This document shows positions 13,576-28,261 of a stretch of DNA of 64,000 bases, in pieces; positions within the stretch are counted from its first letter, which is position 1; the number at the start of each line of letters is the position of its first letter. The DNA is from Eukaryota sp. GEM-RC1. Lineage: Eukaryota. A program made the translations under genes and the position numbers. Location of the stretch: the NCBI GenBank assembly GCA_040285855.1, contig JAUFOQ010000001.1, positions 496,001 through 560,000 on the forward strand, given 5' to 3'. Below the pieces are notes generated by a model. It had not been told where the DNA came from and made no database searches. It saw nothing but the letters and a program-made list of their open reading frames with translations.

Positions 13576-13724
13576 AGTTGATTTCATTTTCATTGTGCTA
13601 AGTCTCCTCATTTAAAGTAGTAATCAACTTAACTTGTCTTGAAGCTAATTCATGTAGAAGACGTCAATTGCTCGAAAATGACGTCTCTGTAGCTATGATG
13701 AAATAACTTATTTTAAATTTGATA

Positions 13725-14190
13725 CATACATCTAATAATTATTATCCTCAAAGACAGATTGCATAACTGGAAATTCTTACATTATTCTCATAATGTCTGC
13801 CAAGAGATAATAAAGCGCTAGATACGGAAGTCACCATACCTTTAGAAATAGCAAACTCAATTCGTTTTTTCCAAAATCTACAGTAACGTCAAACCTCAAT
13901 ATTCATATAGATTTCAAGTAAATAATATATTAAATATTTACAAACATCGATAGACATAACATCAGCAATAATGAGAGATCCATCTAGGTCATGAAATATT
14001 ACATCACCACGGCTATTTCCAAACAATTTGTCATCGTCCGTATCATCAAACAAACCAGCCAGAACTGATTCTAAAACGGAAACTATTCCATAAGATTTCC
14101 ACATATATACAATTGATCCCTATGCTGTTAGAAACATTCATTAAATTTGTGTTGCAAAAGTGGTATTTTTTCCTTAGCCATGTCAAGTCG
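13725..14190 (-). mobile_element. 3' fragment of CRE-like non-LTR retrotransposon (restriction-like endonuclease region), internally deleted
   Basis: SRGDVIFHDLDGSLIIADV motif; clear nucleotide homology to 56727-57600. Confidence 0.7.
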
Positions 14191-14584
14191 ATCATTATAA
14201 TCCAAGTTTTCGAAAATATTTGTTAGTTTTTGTTGTAATTTTTCAGACAAAACTGAATGTGAGTCAGACATCTTGCAAGTATTTCAGATATGTCAAAAGG
14301 TAATTTGATCAAGGCGGAAAGAATTAGGGTTAATAAGTGTATTAATAAGTGGATTGATGATGTACTAGCTGATAGTTGCGTGAACGTTGATCTAGATAGC
14401 ATAGATTATTGATTACCATTATAAAATGATAATGAAGTTTGCAACGCTGATGTGGGGTGCAGAAGTGGCAGAAAGAGAGGAAATTCTTTAAGTGTACCGG
14501 ACACATTCTATCAGTGCACACTCCCCAACCATGTGCGTTTATTAAGAGGTGACTGCATTTAGTTAATACTATTAACCATTCTCC

Positions 14585-15446
14585 CAGGGCTGCCGAAAAT
14601 GAGGTGCAGTGCAATATATTGCAATAAATGTTATTGCAATACATTTTGGGTTTGCTTCACTAGTACAATTTTGTTGTTATACTGGAGTTATTGAAATATT
14701 TGGACTCGAGTAATTCACAGCATAAGTTGGTCATTGTGTTCTTAGACTCTGTGAGGTAGTAGCATATATGACTATATGAAGATCCAAATTGGGATGTTGA
14801 TCCTAATTCTACATGACTTCATGTAAACAACCCAATACGAAAACATCCTCAAATCATTTCATATATTGGAACTTCCCTTTCAGGTAGTAATGTAAAGATG
14901 CATATTTTCGCATCTTTGGGGAATGATCTCTTTCTGTCTTTGCAATTACAACAACATTGATGCCACTTGTTGAAGGGAAACAATAGTTATGAATACAACA
15001 ATACAAGGGATTCATAACTATTCTAAAGTCTTTGGCTAACATTGAGACGAGAACACCATTGATATGACACCATTCATTTGCTATCGTCCTTATATCCGAC
15101 TTGTTTCACGATTGAATAGCGATTTCGGAGCTTGATCGGGTGATCTGTTTCTGTATTGTAGTCTTTACTTGTAGATTAATCTCTCTTCATACAGGGACCG
15201 ACTTTGCTGTAAAATTTGTTTCACCCCACAATAATTCTTCCTGCTTAATTAATGATATAAGATCACACTCAATGTACTCACAGGAACATTGCTACCTGCA
15301 GTACGTCAATGTATTATCTCTGTAGAGTGTAGCAAATATTGCAATATAGTGCTGTATACTTATTGTAATGAGCAACAATATCCAATAAATTTTCTGCAAT
15401 ATTGAAAACGTTTAATGTAGATTGCAATATATTTTTCGGCATCCTG
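14585..15446. mobile_element. Older hAT-type non-autonomous element
   Basis: Imperfect TIRs cagggctgccgaaaa / ttttcggcatcctg; degenerate 8-bp TSD cattctcc/cattatca; TGCAATA subterminal repeats at both ends. Confidence 0.7.
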
Positions 15447-15556
15447 CATTATCAGTCGTTACAAACATTCAACAAAAAATACAACTATATCTATAAAGTA
15501 CAATTTACTTTGCACAAACTTTCACAACGATCTATTAATAACACTGAAAATTGGAG

Positions 15557-16285
15557 AGTATCTTTTAAAGTCTTCATTCTCCTTAATATAATAGTATTCT
15601 TCCTCAGATGATAAAATGTATTTTGACTGTTCATAATCATTTTAAAAAAAATCATTTACGAGAACTTGATGAGAGGGTGTAATTGTCTAGAATTCTATCA
15701 GCCCAACCAAAAATAATCTGATGCTAATAATGACATTTGACTTGTTGATTCTTGCATGTGTCAAATATGTGTAACATCGTTTTTCAATTTGGCAAAGTGC
15801 TTGTTTGCGTACCGTAATTGAAAGTGAATAAGACAGTATTGATCTAGACAATACCCTAATCTAATTGATGATATTAGATAAAAATTGTCAGTTGCTTCTA
15901 GATTTGAATGAGAAAGACGTCTTATGAAAGAATGGTTTATAACATAATAAAATAAGCTGTGTATCCAAGTGGTGGTGTCATTCAATGGAGACAGGAAATC
16001 TTGATCGTTTAGGACTTGACACCAAGCTAGTTGGTTTTCGAGTAATTGTAAAAAATTTAATTATGTCGAGCGTACGGTAATCCAGACAGTGATTGGTTAT
16101 CCTTAAATAAAACAGAACCCGTTGTCCAGTTTGAGTACGGACGGACTTTTGATTTTTCGAAAGTAACCGTAGAAACAATTTGTGGTTGGGTAAGAATTGG
16201 TCTACTGCCTAATGAGTGAAAAGAAGAAATTTGCGTTCAATAACTGTGTGGTTGCATACAACGTCTCACCCGCTGATTACACTGC
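15557..16285. repeat. Dispersed repeat of unknown origin; diverged inverted copy at 48961-49537
   Basis: For example cgtctcacccgctgattacactgc versus its reverse complement gcagtgtaatcagcgggtgagacg at 48961, with colinear matches throughout. Confidence 0.8.
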
Positions 16286-16637
16286 TTTTAAGAAAGTGTT
16301 TCAAAAAAACAAATCCGTTTCTTTGACATCAAACAATTACAGAATTGAATCCCATGCTTAGTGGACTAGATAACCAAATCGTTGATACAAGGGACACGTG
16401 AAACCAGTCTGTAGTAAGCTGTTGAAAGCTGATAGTTGAAGAACTTAAAAATTGGTGTTATATTTGGTGTTCTCATGTAGTCGTTCTGTATTTTATATTC
16501 AGTCCTTATATTAAAGAGAGAATTTTAACAGTATCTTAAGTGCTTGATATATCACATTTTTCATATATATCACAATCAGCGTCCACAACAATGCCAACGC
16601 CATTAAAATGATCAGAAGTTGGGAGATGTGTATGCAA

Positions 16638-17009
16638 CAGTGTTCGAAGACACGCGTGGACACGTTTGGACACGGACACGGTGTCATTTCAAAAACACGC
16701 AAAAAGACACGGCGTGTGTACGTGTTTTTCTGCAAAAAACCTAGAAAACATCGGAAGTACCTTTAACAATAGACTACAATGCTATCAAAAAGTGGCAAAA
16801 ATACTGACACATTGCGCTCTCAATCAACTCGACAGAACCACAGAATCCAAGATTCAGTGGTGAGATGTCAGTTAAAGGCCAGAATTGGCCCAAAACAATG
16901 TTTGTATAATCAAACTCTGCATCATGGATCAGAAACTTTTTTCAAAAAAACACGCAAAGACACCCAAAAGACACATCAAAGACGCCGTGTGGACACGCGT
17001 GTTAACAGC
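16638..17009. mobile_element. hAT-type MITE, right end deleted (copy 2)
   Basis: As 624-994. Confidence 0.8.
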
Positions 17010-17717
17010 CCGCACATGTTACCTAAGAAACAACTTCTAATTAACTTGAACAGTTGTTAACCAACAATACATAGCCAAGCATTTCATCTCCTAAAAATTG
17101 CAACATTATGATCTTAGACAACCACATTACGATGAGATTATTCTAAGTTAATGTCACAAGTATCAAAATTTTTCAACTTTTAAGGAGGACAAATATTCTT
17201 GTTTCATCAACTCATTGTAGTATGTTATAACTTGTTCCCTGAGTGTTATACTATAGTTAGATGGGTGTATAATGTAGATTAAATGACACGTTCACATTTC
17301 ATAACCAATGATTTAATTGACAACTAACAGACTCTAAACCTGTTAGTTAGTTATTTTAAAGTGTGTGAGTAGAAGTATGTTGTATAATAAAACAAAAGTC
17401 TTAACGACATATATCTTGCTTAAGGCAATATATATTTTGCCTACTTGGAAATATGATAAGTTCACATTTCATAACCAATGATGGAAGTGACGTCTACAAT
17501 TTTCTAAACACGTTTTCCTACTGTTGCATGGGGTTTTGGCAAAAGCTTTGTGTATGAAGAATGGAGAATACAAAAACCTATATTTCTACTCATGCATCTT
17601 ACATTTATCAGGAAAAATAGCAACAATATATGAATCAAATTCATTTCTAGACACATACAATGGTGTCTGTTCAAAAATAGACACTTAACAAATTTCTTCT
17701 CACACACACTTTACAAA

Positions 17718-19367
17718 ATGGATAGCAACCAAAGACAACATACTACAATTGCCCTGGGAAGCAGCTTTGCAAACCAAGAAGACTTGGTCTATCAACACAA
17801 TCTTTATACAGCTGGACAAAAAAGAAGAACTCGTGTAGTGAACAGCAGCAAGAAACGCTGGAGTGTTATATGCAAGACCAACAGCGATTGCAACTACCAT
17901 CTACATGCATCTTCACGTCGTGATGACGGAGAGTTTACCATTACAGCTTTTGAAGAACACACTTGTCGTAGACTTGCTACTACTGCAACACTAACAGCCA
18001 AAACAGTTGGAAGATCGCAACTGGACGTGACAAACTCGACTCCTCTCTCCCCCACTTCACTCTCTCGAAAAGCCAAAGCATCTCTTGGTGTTGTTCTGAC
18101 ACCGAGTAAAGCTTTACGAGGTGTACAGGAACAGAAAAAATTGTTATTTGGTGATGCAACTGAATCGTATGCTTTATTAGAAAAGTACATCCCAGCTCTT
18201 CGACTGTCAGATGCAAATCACGTTGTACATTGCGAATTTCGGGAATTACAGGATGGTAAGAGGGAGTTTGACAAGATATTTTGGGCATATGGACCCTCAA
18301 TTGAAGGTTTTAAGCATTGTAGGAGCTTTCTTACAGTCGATGCTTGTCATATTAAAACCATGAACAAAGGCCATATGATGATAGCCGTTTCCCTGGATGC
18401 CGAGGGGCAAATTTTCCCAGTTGCATTTTCTGTGGTAGGTGGAGAGACGTTGGCCAATTGGCGGTGGTTCTTGAACCAACTAAAATCAATTGTGGGAGAG
18501 CGGGAACTTACAATTGTGGCTGACCGAAACAGTGGACTTCAGACAGCACTCAGTGAAATTTTTGTTGATTGTCATGTGGCCTATTGCCTAGAACACTTAA
18601 AGGCAAATGTCAGAAATAATGGAGGTGGGACTATTTGTTCTTATTTACGGAAGGCTGCAGAGTGTATTACAGAGGAAGACCTGACAAATGTTTTGGAAGA
18701 GATGAGAGCTATTTCACCTAGAGGCTATGCATACGTACAGAAGCTGGATTTTTCCAAGTTAATTGATGTTAGATTCCAAGGAAACCGATATGGACACTAC
18801 ACATCGAATATATAGGAAAGTTTTGAACGCATGGATCAACAAAGAAAGGAAAATGCCGATTGTGAAGAGCATGGAATGGATGAGACGACGTCTAATGAAA
18901 TGGTTTTATGAAAGGAAGAAAAGATCGTTGACTATGAATGGTGTGTTAGTTGACAATGTTGAAAGAAGGTGAGTCAAATTGACGATGAAGCTAGAAGGTT
19001 AACTGTACTCCATAGTAGTGATACCATCTTTGAAGTTTTGAGTTTTCCACCAAGGATGGTGAATCTTGAAGAAAGATTCTGCAGCTGTGGAGAATGGAAA
19101 AGAACAGGGATTGTATGTGTTCATGTGCGTGCGGTGCTGTTAGCTCAAAGACTGGATTATAGTGAGTTTTGTGAAGAATTTTATACCACAAAACAATACT
19201 GTAAAACTTATGAAATTGGTTTGATGCCAGTAGCTTCTCGTCAGGAATGGGTTCCGGAAAATCTTGATGAACCCGTATTGCCAGAACTTCAACCTCCTAC
19301 AGGCAATAGACAGTCCGGAAGAGGACGAAGACAAGTGAATCGGCGAAGAGGGCTAGGAGGAAGATGA
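17718..19367 (+). pseudogene. MULE/MuDR transposase, disrupted (copy 2)
   Basis: 365-aa ORF up to the shared TAG/frameshift, followed by the SWIM region. Confidence 0.92.
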
Positions 19368-19960
19368 ATGTGTTATTGATGTTGATATTGTTGTACTATG
19401 TACTATAGTCTTTAGATGTTCAGATATGTATAAATCTGGTTTATTGTGATTTAAATAGAGACATCTTGATATCGAAAACAGCAGGAAATACAAAGAAAGA
19501 TAACAACAGAACCAATGCAGCAGAAGACTTGATCTTCACAGTGTCTATATCTAAACCCTCTCTAAAAAAAGGTGTCTATAATTGTGTAACATTGAACGTG
19601 TGGTGTCTATTTTTGGCAGTGTGGAAATCAGGTGTCTACTTTTGCAGTTGTCCCACAATATATTTGTTTGTGGGTATTGGAATTATTCTGTATTACTTGT
19701 TCTGGTCGAGTACCCAGACCCCCTGTTGTTCCGTCAAATGATCTTCAAGAACAGGCTGACGAGAAACATACTCAACTCCTAAAGCAATACCAAGAAGCTA
19801 TGGAAAAGTTCAGCCTCTGAGTCAAAAACCCGCTACTTCTTGAAGAACCAATCCGAAGTACTGAACCTCTGTCAGATGTTTAGAAGAAAGTACACATATG
19901 AACTAAGAGAAATCTTTATCTATATGGGAAGTAAGAAGCAGGAGAAGAGTAATACGCGGC

Positions 19961-22900
19961 TGTTGAGAATGTTAGCTTCCACTACCCACAATACTGAAGA
20001 CCCATCAATATATGTTCAGACTTTATGGGATGCTACATTTCCTGTGTATTATGGACAGCACAAAATCTATGCAGAGATACACATGCACATGATCCCGTTA
20101 TACATATATAACTGGGTCAACAGTCTTTCAAGTCCTGTTTGTTGTCAGCTTAAGTGCGATCCTCACGTTCTGCCCTGTAACCATGATCTTTTCGTTGTTG
20201 CTTCTTTTTTCTTCTCCTTTCCCAGTTTTTAAGGTTGGTGGCAATCAAACCTTTACTCGTTCTACAGTCAATATGACCACCATCGACTGTTCTACTTTTC
20301 TGTCTCTTTCAATGATTTCCATTACTCCTATTCGAGCTGCTGCTAAATCGTTAATTTATCAAATGAAGCAGGCCGAAAAGCCTGAGCTGCTCATCCCTGA
20401 TACTTCTATTTCTTACTTGTGTTTCTTGTAGAACTGGTCAATCGTATCGATACATTTCAGTCCATTCACGATCTCCTTACGAGTGTCAAAGAACTTTATG
20501 ACCGTTGCCAAAATGACTTCAAGCAATTTTCTACGGTAATATTTACCATAACAAAAAAACACGTGTACAAAACGATTAAGGACTATTTGACTGTTAATCA
20601 GTACCGAGTCGCTATGGATGAGCCCGAGTTATTGTCCAGTCCTTTAACTGCTTAGCATCACTATCACTATGACTTTACACTCAATTTATAACATTATGAC
20701 CTCAAGCTAAAGGCCACCACGATCTAGAAAAACTTTAAGGTTGAAGTTCTGAATGGATAAAATTCCTTCATCCATCGAACAGAAATACAAGAAGACGAAT
20801 TGGACAAAGCAAATACTCAAGCAAAGTCTTGAATTTGAGTTACCACAGTGAAATTTTGAAGGGAAATTCAGCGTGCCATTTTTTCTTCTTCCCAGGTTCC
20901 CCAAGCGCCTTCTTATGGAAGATTTGCGTATACTTCAGCCCCGAGACTCATTCCCTCGATATCCCCAAAGAAAAGCCCTCCTCCTCCTCTGCGAAAGAGA
21001 AGTCCTCGCTCGATTTCGACAGCGAAGAGTTATCCGCCCTAGCCCAACGCGCGAACCTCACCGAAGTTGTATGTGACCCACAATGCCCATGAACTTCCAC
21101 GCTTACATTTCACATGGAGTCATAGATCTCCTAAAGATGACTCTTCCCGCCGCTCTCTCATCTCAACCCGAGTTGTGGGAATATCTCATCTCCCCTGACA
21201 CTCTGCTCTTCTGATTCTGAAGCTCGCTCTCTCCTATCCTCCCTTTCTACGGATAACTCAATGCATTCACCAACCACTCGCCTAAACAAATACCTCCTCG
21301 ACTTCCGCCTCACAATCCCTAGATGCCGCCACTGCATAAACAAGCTATCCCCCGTAATAGAGTCCTTCAATAAGGGTATTTCAATCCGCTCAGTGAATAA
21401 CGCTCTTTGGGATGAATTCAAATGTGGAAACATCACCGACCTTGGTGACCTGGTTCGCTTCACAATGAAAACCTTCGAACATCTCAATGCTCTCTCTTGG
21501 ACTTTGGCAATAAGACCTCCAATCCTCCTCGCAACAACAGGATCCCTAAGAACTTCACAAACTGGCCTCGACCCCACTCCGATTACGGAACTCCTTCTTC
21601 AAGACCATTTTCATCACTCTCAAATTCCAAATCTCAAGATTTCGAAACTCGATCCCCCTCAACAATGGTACCCCTTCTGAACGCTTCTGCAACTACTGTA
21701 AGAAATCCGGCAATACCATCGACTTCTGTCGAGATCCCGACTGTAATCGAAGCAAATTCTCTAACACTTCACCTCAAACAAAGAAGAAACCGCGAAACCC
21801 CACGCTTAACAGAACCTACAGCACCAGACACAACTCTGTTCCCCGTTAAACTAACCTTGTCGCTAAAACTCACAATTCTGCAGCCGACTACCCTTCAGAA
21901 AACACTCCAATTGAGTTTGACTTAGAATTCCCAAAATTCTTCAACAAACCTTATCCAGGATCGAATACGTACACAGTCACTAACTCTTTTGATAACTTTA
22001 TCCCTCACCTGAATCGCCCTAACAAAGTCTCTTCATCATCCAATCTCTCCCCTGACATCATCTCTGTTCCTGATGAAATAGTCTCCCCGTCGAATCGAAG
22101 CAAGGACGCAAGTATTGGCTACGAACGACCTCACGCTTCGAACGCAGTTCTTAGCACTGGCGCAAACGATCAAATGTTTGAGAACCTGGATTCTGAGACT
22201 ATGTTCAAAACTTCTTCTCCTTCCCCCTTCGATTTAATGAAACAAAAATTTCAGAAATCCTAATCAACAACACCCTTATCCTAGCCACAGTTGACTGTCA
22301 AACGAGTTGCTTCACCTCTGATATAGCTAAGACAACCAACTGCAGGGTTATCCCGTCACCTCTCTCCTTCACCCTGTCAGACGGCAAGACAGCTAAGTGC
22401 TCCGGTAACGCCCACTGTACTCTCACCTTTTGCTTCGATAGACTGATCTCCGACTCAGTACATGTTAGGACATCTATTCCGATTATCCCAGGCAAAGCTC
22501 AAGTCCTGATCAGGGTTGACATTCTAAAGAGACTAGGTCTTCTTAAAAGAACGGAATCATGATCAAACTTGACGAAGATCACAAGCGTATCCTTGACGCT
22601 GAAGCATCCCACAACCCATGTCCCTAACTCCTAAGGTAAGATCTACCATAGTAAATGAACTCACAACCAGTGAGCTATCAGATTGCCGCATCACACTTCC
22701 CGACAATCATAAACAGCTCTTGGTAAACCTCATGAACTTTTATCATGATGTTTTTGGCTCACCCCGCCCTTTGGGCATAGATTGACCAGCAATGCCATAA
22801 ACTTTTACAACGAAGAAGAAAATTGTTTTATAAAAGGCCGCCCCTTGCACCTTGAGAAACTTCTAATTGCAAACACCTAATTAAAGATGGCTTCGCCGAA

Positions 22901-25407
22901 GAAGCTACTCCTGACTTCCCCTACTCTTCCCCCATCGTGTTAGTCCTTTACCCCGATGGCAAAAGCCCAGATTGACTGGAAACTATTCCGGATCCTTAGG
23001 AATGAATTAATTCATTGACCAAACCACTGGACGCAAACCTGCCACGTTTCTCACATATTTCGCTCTTTCTGTCAAAAGCAAACTTCAATGCAACTTTAGA
23101 CCTTTCCAAAGGTTTCTGGCAACTTGCCCTAGACGAAAAGGACTACCTAAAGACACTTTATCCATTCCAAGCTGCTCCATCTACTTCAGAAGAGCAGTCT
23201 TTGGCTTAAAGAACGTACCAGTGTTCTTCCAGAACGGTATGGAAAACCTCTTTAAAATGCCCAACGTTTTCATTTACATCGAACTTTAACTAAAATTTCT
23301 CACTAGCTAGATCCCACCGAATATGATTCGGCCTCAAAATTGTGGCTTCGTAACCTGTTCTGACCCAATCAAGATCATTGGCGCCGTCTTCCAGAACAAA
23401 CAACGATCCATTGACCCGGATAGGATCTCCGCCATCTCAAACCTGCCAATGCCTACGACTATCAGTGAACTACGCTCCTTCATCAGCTCCGTAAACTACT
23501 TAATGGATTGAATCCCTCAATTTTGTGGCTTAGTCCAACCCTTGTCTAACTTAACCAAAAGGACGAAACAGATAAACGCTCCGTGAAAACAAAGTGGAAC
23601 TCTTCTTACACGAGAAACTTTATTAAAATTTCCAACACCTTTGCCATAATCTGTACTCTGAACCAGCCCGAAATGGTCAACTTCTTAATGACACGATTTT
23701 CTGTGACCATAAGAATATCGTCTACTTAATCAACCAGCCGGAACGCAATTGCATTGTAACTCGCTGGATTCCTCTACTGTCCAACTTTTCTTTCGGAATC
23801 ATTCACGTCGAAGGTCCAAACAACGTATTCGCCGACCTCCTTTTCCGTCTAACGCCCGCTAACCCCAGCTTAGAATCGGAATTACCTGAAACTTCAACAT
23901 GCTTTAGCTTATTTTCAATCGAACTCTACGACACTGAATACTACTTTGACGAAACCCCAACAAAAACCGAATGCCACAAGTGTGGTGAACACATGCTCTA
24001 CTTAACCATGCCCGACCACATACCCTGTGAAGGCCCATACTTCGCATGCAGAAACTGCCTCAACAAATAAGAACCCTATGAAGTTTATAACGATGACAAA
24101 CGCAGAGCCCTGCTTCACTTGTACCCGAAAGAAGACACACCCATCAAAGATTACTGTGGCATCTTCCAGCTAGACAAAGCAGGCCCTCGGAAATACATTG
24201 AACGCAGAGATGACCACATCAAAGAACTATGCTTCCGCTTCGTAAAGGAAAAGGTCTGATCAGAAACCTAGAGAAGAAGAACTCTTCACTAAAAAAACTA
24301 GTAGAACCTCCTACCAACATCAAAATAATAGAACCAGAATCGAAAATTCCATGTGGCCACTGCAGCCACGGAACCACCGAATTAGAACAACAGCCACCAC
24401 CAAGTAACCACATATCAAGAACGACTGGTCTGCCACAGTTGCAAGAAATATACAATCGATCAGTTGCTAACAGAAGCTAAAGAAAAACCAAAAACTCTCA
24501 TGAACAGCTCCTGTCTTACGATGGTACAGGCCCCCCTGTGTGCTACTCATCGACAGATGACTCCCCTTACGATTCAAAAACTCAAGACACAGTCTGGCTC
24601 GACACCCTGCGCACTCATTAGCAACTAGAGCTAAAAGACTCCAGCTACAGATGCTCCTGGGACGCCGAAGCTCAAATGTTTGTCACCCCTGATAACAAGA
24701 TCCTCTTTCCCGAATCTCTAAGAAAAGAAGTAATGTGGAACTTCCACGGCTACGCTCACTGTGGACATTCAGCCTTCTGGCAATGTCTCAAGGACATTAA
24801 AAACAGCTGCTACTCTTGGCCAACTCTGGAAACTGATGTAAAAATCACATCGACTGTTGCCACTCTTGTCAGAAGATCGCCCCAGCCTCCAAGACGACAG
24901 CCCAATCAACCGGATCCCTGTTTGCAATGAAGCCGTTCGGCAATAACCACGCTGATACTATCGGACCCTTGCCCAACGGCCAACCTGAGAAACAAGTACG
25001 TGCTTGTATTCGTAGACGCCTTTACGAGATACACCATCTTATGTCCCTCAGACAAAATCTCCTCTACGAACTCAGCATATTGTCTTATAAACTCTCTATG
25101 CACCAACTTCGGCATACCGGACACGATCCACTCAGACAATGGACTTGAGTTTTGTAACGCCACATTTAAAGCATTATGTGCCTTTCTGAACATAACCAAC
25201 TCCTTTTCTCTCCCTCACCACCATCAAAGTAATGGCCTGGTTGAGCAGAGAAACCGAGAAATCAACTAAACTCTGAAGAGATTTCTCCTAGACTTAAACG
25301 ACTACCAAAACTGGTCGACACACCTGCCTATGGTGCAGCTGATGATCAACAATCAACGCCACTCAGGAACCAGATGCACCCCATGGGAACTAATGTTTGG
25401 ACGCTCA
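19961..25407 (+). mobile_element. Degenerate Ty3/Gypsy element (copy 2; candidate LTR 19961-20122)
   Basis: As 3947-9395. Confidence 0.92.
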
Positions 25408-26732
25408 AATGGTTTGGATTGATTTTCTCAATCGTTTTGATTGCATTACAGGCCTTTTCCTGATTTAGTTGTTAATAAATTCATACTCATTGTCTGTTCT
25501 TGTTCTGGCAGCATCAAAAACAAATTGGCGAGCAACTTGAATCTCTTGACCAGAGAGGTTATAGTACCATAATTTTGAGTCTTCGAGTGTTTGGTTCATT
25601 TGTCAGTCTCTTTAAGGTCATAATGCACATATAAATATAGATCCAGAAATACAAACATATCTACAAGCCTCACAAGCAACATACATTCACCGTCCGTTTG
25701 TTCTTAAGTTAATGAATAAACTACACTCAATATGCCAGGATTGACTATGATTTTGTTAGAAGAAGAAGACCCCAAAGATTCTATTGTTATTAGCACTTTT
25801 TCTGAGGTATATCGAGTTGCTCCTTCCAATAATGATGAAATCACGTTACGTTTTCAGAAACTGTCGGTTAAATTGATCGTTGAAACCCTTTTTAAGACCA
25901 CAAAAGAACTTTTTGTAATGTTTTTGAAATAATATTGTCATAGCGTTTATTGTTCAACAAGTGCAAATAAAAAATGGAGCTTGTTCTTCACCAGTGAACT
26001 GAAGTTTTCAATACCAGCTGTAGATCCCAATTGGTTCACAATTCAGGTCAGCAATTGAATTGTTTAGTTGTACCTTATGTTTGACAGTGACAAAACCAAA
26101 ATCCACAAAGTTGTACAATTTGTTTCATCAAAATCAACAAGGTATTTTTGGGTTTCAACTGTATAAATACAATAAATTTCAGAAACTACAATTTGATAAG
26201 AGCGAAGCAACACCCATCGATACCAAATTTTATCACAGCTTTACCGTCATTCAAAGAACTCATTGCTATTAACGCTTTGGAAACAACAAAGGGAATTGTT
26301 TTTCCAAACTTGAAAAACTATTTAATCATAAAGTATGATTCAAAACGTTTGTTTATCTCCTCTTCAAAAATCCCCACAATGTTTTCAGAAAATGTATTCA
26401 AAATCTAAAAAAAGTCAACTCTGTCATAAGAGACCACAAATGAACTCATGGCAAATAATGATGTGATTCTTACAATTCTCTTTATTTGATACACTGTATC
26501 TTCCTTTTTCACTATTAATCTTTTGGTCTCCCAAAACTCTCCTAATATATCATATCTCTTTCTGACGTGACCTGTTCCTATTCTATGAACTCTATCACTT
26601 TTATTACACTGGTCGTCAATTAATTAACTTGACCGCGTTCTACTTTCTCCATTAGAGAATACAAGATGGACATGAGCATTACGAAATTCAGTTGATAAGT
26701 TGAGTAATTCTATAACATAACCTATGTTATTA

Positions 26733-28199
26733 TTAACTTTCATCAACGATTTCAAGTACATGATCACTACGAAACAATGAAACAAATAAATAATAGTTAC
26801 CACTACTTAATCTGGGAAGAGTTCCAGTAAGATTAATTGAAGAATTGCTTACCGATTTGATTGTCAAAGAGTAATTAATTAGATTTACATTGATTTCGAG
26901 TAATTCACTGGGATTCCACTGATCACGGGTTCCTGAGAGACGACCAATCACACTACAATTACCCTTAAAATTGAAGGTACCATGAGCAGTCTGATAGCAC
27001 CACCCAGTAACACTAAACTTTGACTCGTCAATGACTCCAACAAAATGATGACCGATAAGCCCCTGGTACTTCAACTTCCAAGTATAAACATTACCTGGAA
27101 GAAGTGGACCTTCTCCCAAGATATTTCGAGAATCATTACCACTACTTGTAACAAAAACTGTCTTTCCATCCCCACTCACTTGTAACTGAGAATGTTTCCT
27201 AGTTTGAGAGAATCTAAAAACATTCAATCCATTAGTTGCTTGATCAAGTAGTTTGATTTCAGTAATTGTCTTTTTTAGTTGTTCCATCTCTACTTGTAAA
27301 TTGTGAATAATATCTGAATAATTTACATTTAAAGTATGCATTTCTGATAATAAATTAGAGTTGGCGGTTTCTAAATTTGAGTTTGCTTTTTCAGAGAATC
27401 AATTTCAGTCTGCAAATCAGCAATGATTTGACTTTGTTCCAATAATTTCAAATTCTCTTTTTTTACTCAATGTGATTTCTTGATCAAGTCTACAGATTTG
27501 TTGATTTAATTTCAAAATTTCACCAACAAGATGATCATTCCTAACTTTCAAAGAAGATTCATCAGTCGAAGAAGTTGAGAAATCACCAGCAACAGCTTCC
27601 AAGTCCTGCACATTATTCAAAACTTCAATTATTTGATTAATTTTTGGCCTACATAAAGGATCTGGATTCATACATTTCTGAATTACTTTCTGTACACACT
27701 CCGGTACAGATCTCCCAAAAGGTAATGCTTTCCCAGTGTTTTTAGCATCAATAATCGAAAGAGGATCTTCTTCACTAAAAGCAACCTTGTTTTCAAATAA
27801 TTCATAAAGACAAACTCCAAGTGAATAAATATCATTTAAAGGAGAAACAACATTTCTAAATTGTTCTGGAGCTGCATAAGTATAAGACACATCAAATGAT
27901 CGAGGAACTAGAGTTGTAGCAGAAAGGTTTTTAGAGGTACCGAAATCAGCAACTCTAACGTGATCATCGACTAACAGAATGTTTGCTGGTTTTAGATCCC
28001 CATGAACTACAGACTTTAGGTGGAGACGTAAGTACATGGAGGACGTAAGCTATGAGAACGAAGCAGCCAGTGTATCAGAGTTAGGTTGCTTGGAAGAGAT
28101 ACTAGAAAAGGAGGAAACATTGAGCACTTAACTGCTAGCAAGTGTTACATTATCATCAGATGAACGACTACTCTTCAGTGGATGTTCAGGATTAGACAT
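26733..28199 (-). pseudogene. Chimeric truncated kinase - coiled coil - SPRY gene (copy 2)
   Basis: Same junction at 28026/28027; in-frame ATG at 28199. Confidence 0.85.
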
Positions 28200-28261
28200 G
28201 TAGTTTTGTTAAAAGGCCACAAGAACATTGGTCTCCCTTATCTCCTTTTCTGTTACTTCTA

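Larger units (their letters stand above)
12012..28026 (+). repeat. Tandem segmental duplication, unit B (16015 bp)
   Basis: Runs from junction cgtaagtacatgg at 12012 to ttaggtggaga at 28026, where the same junction recurs. Confidence 0.97.
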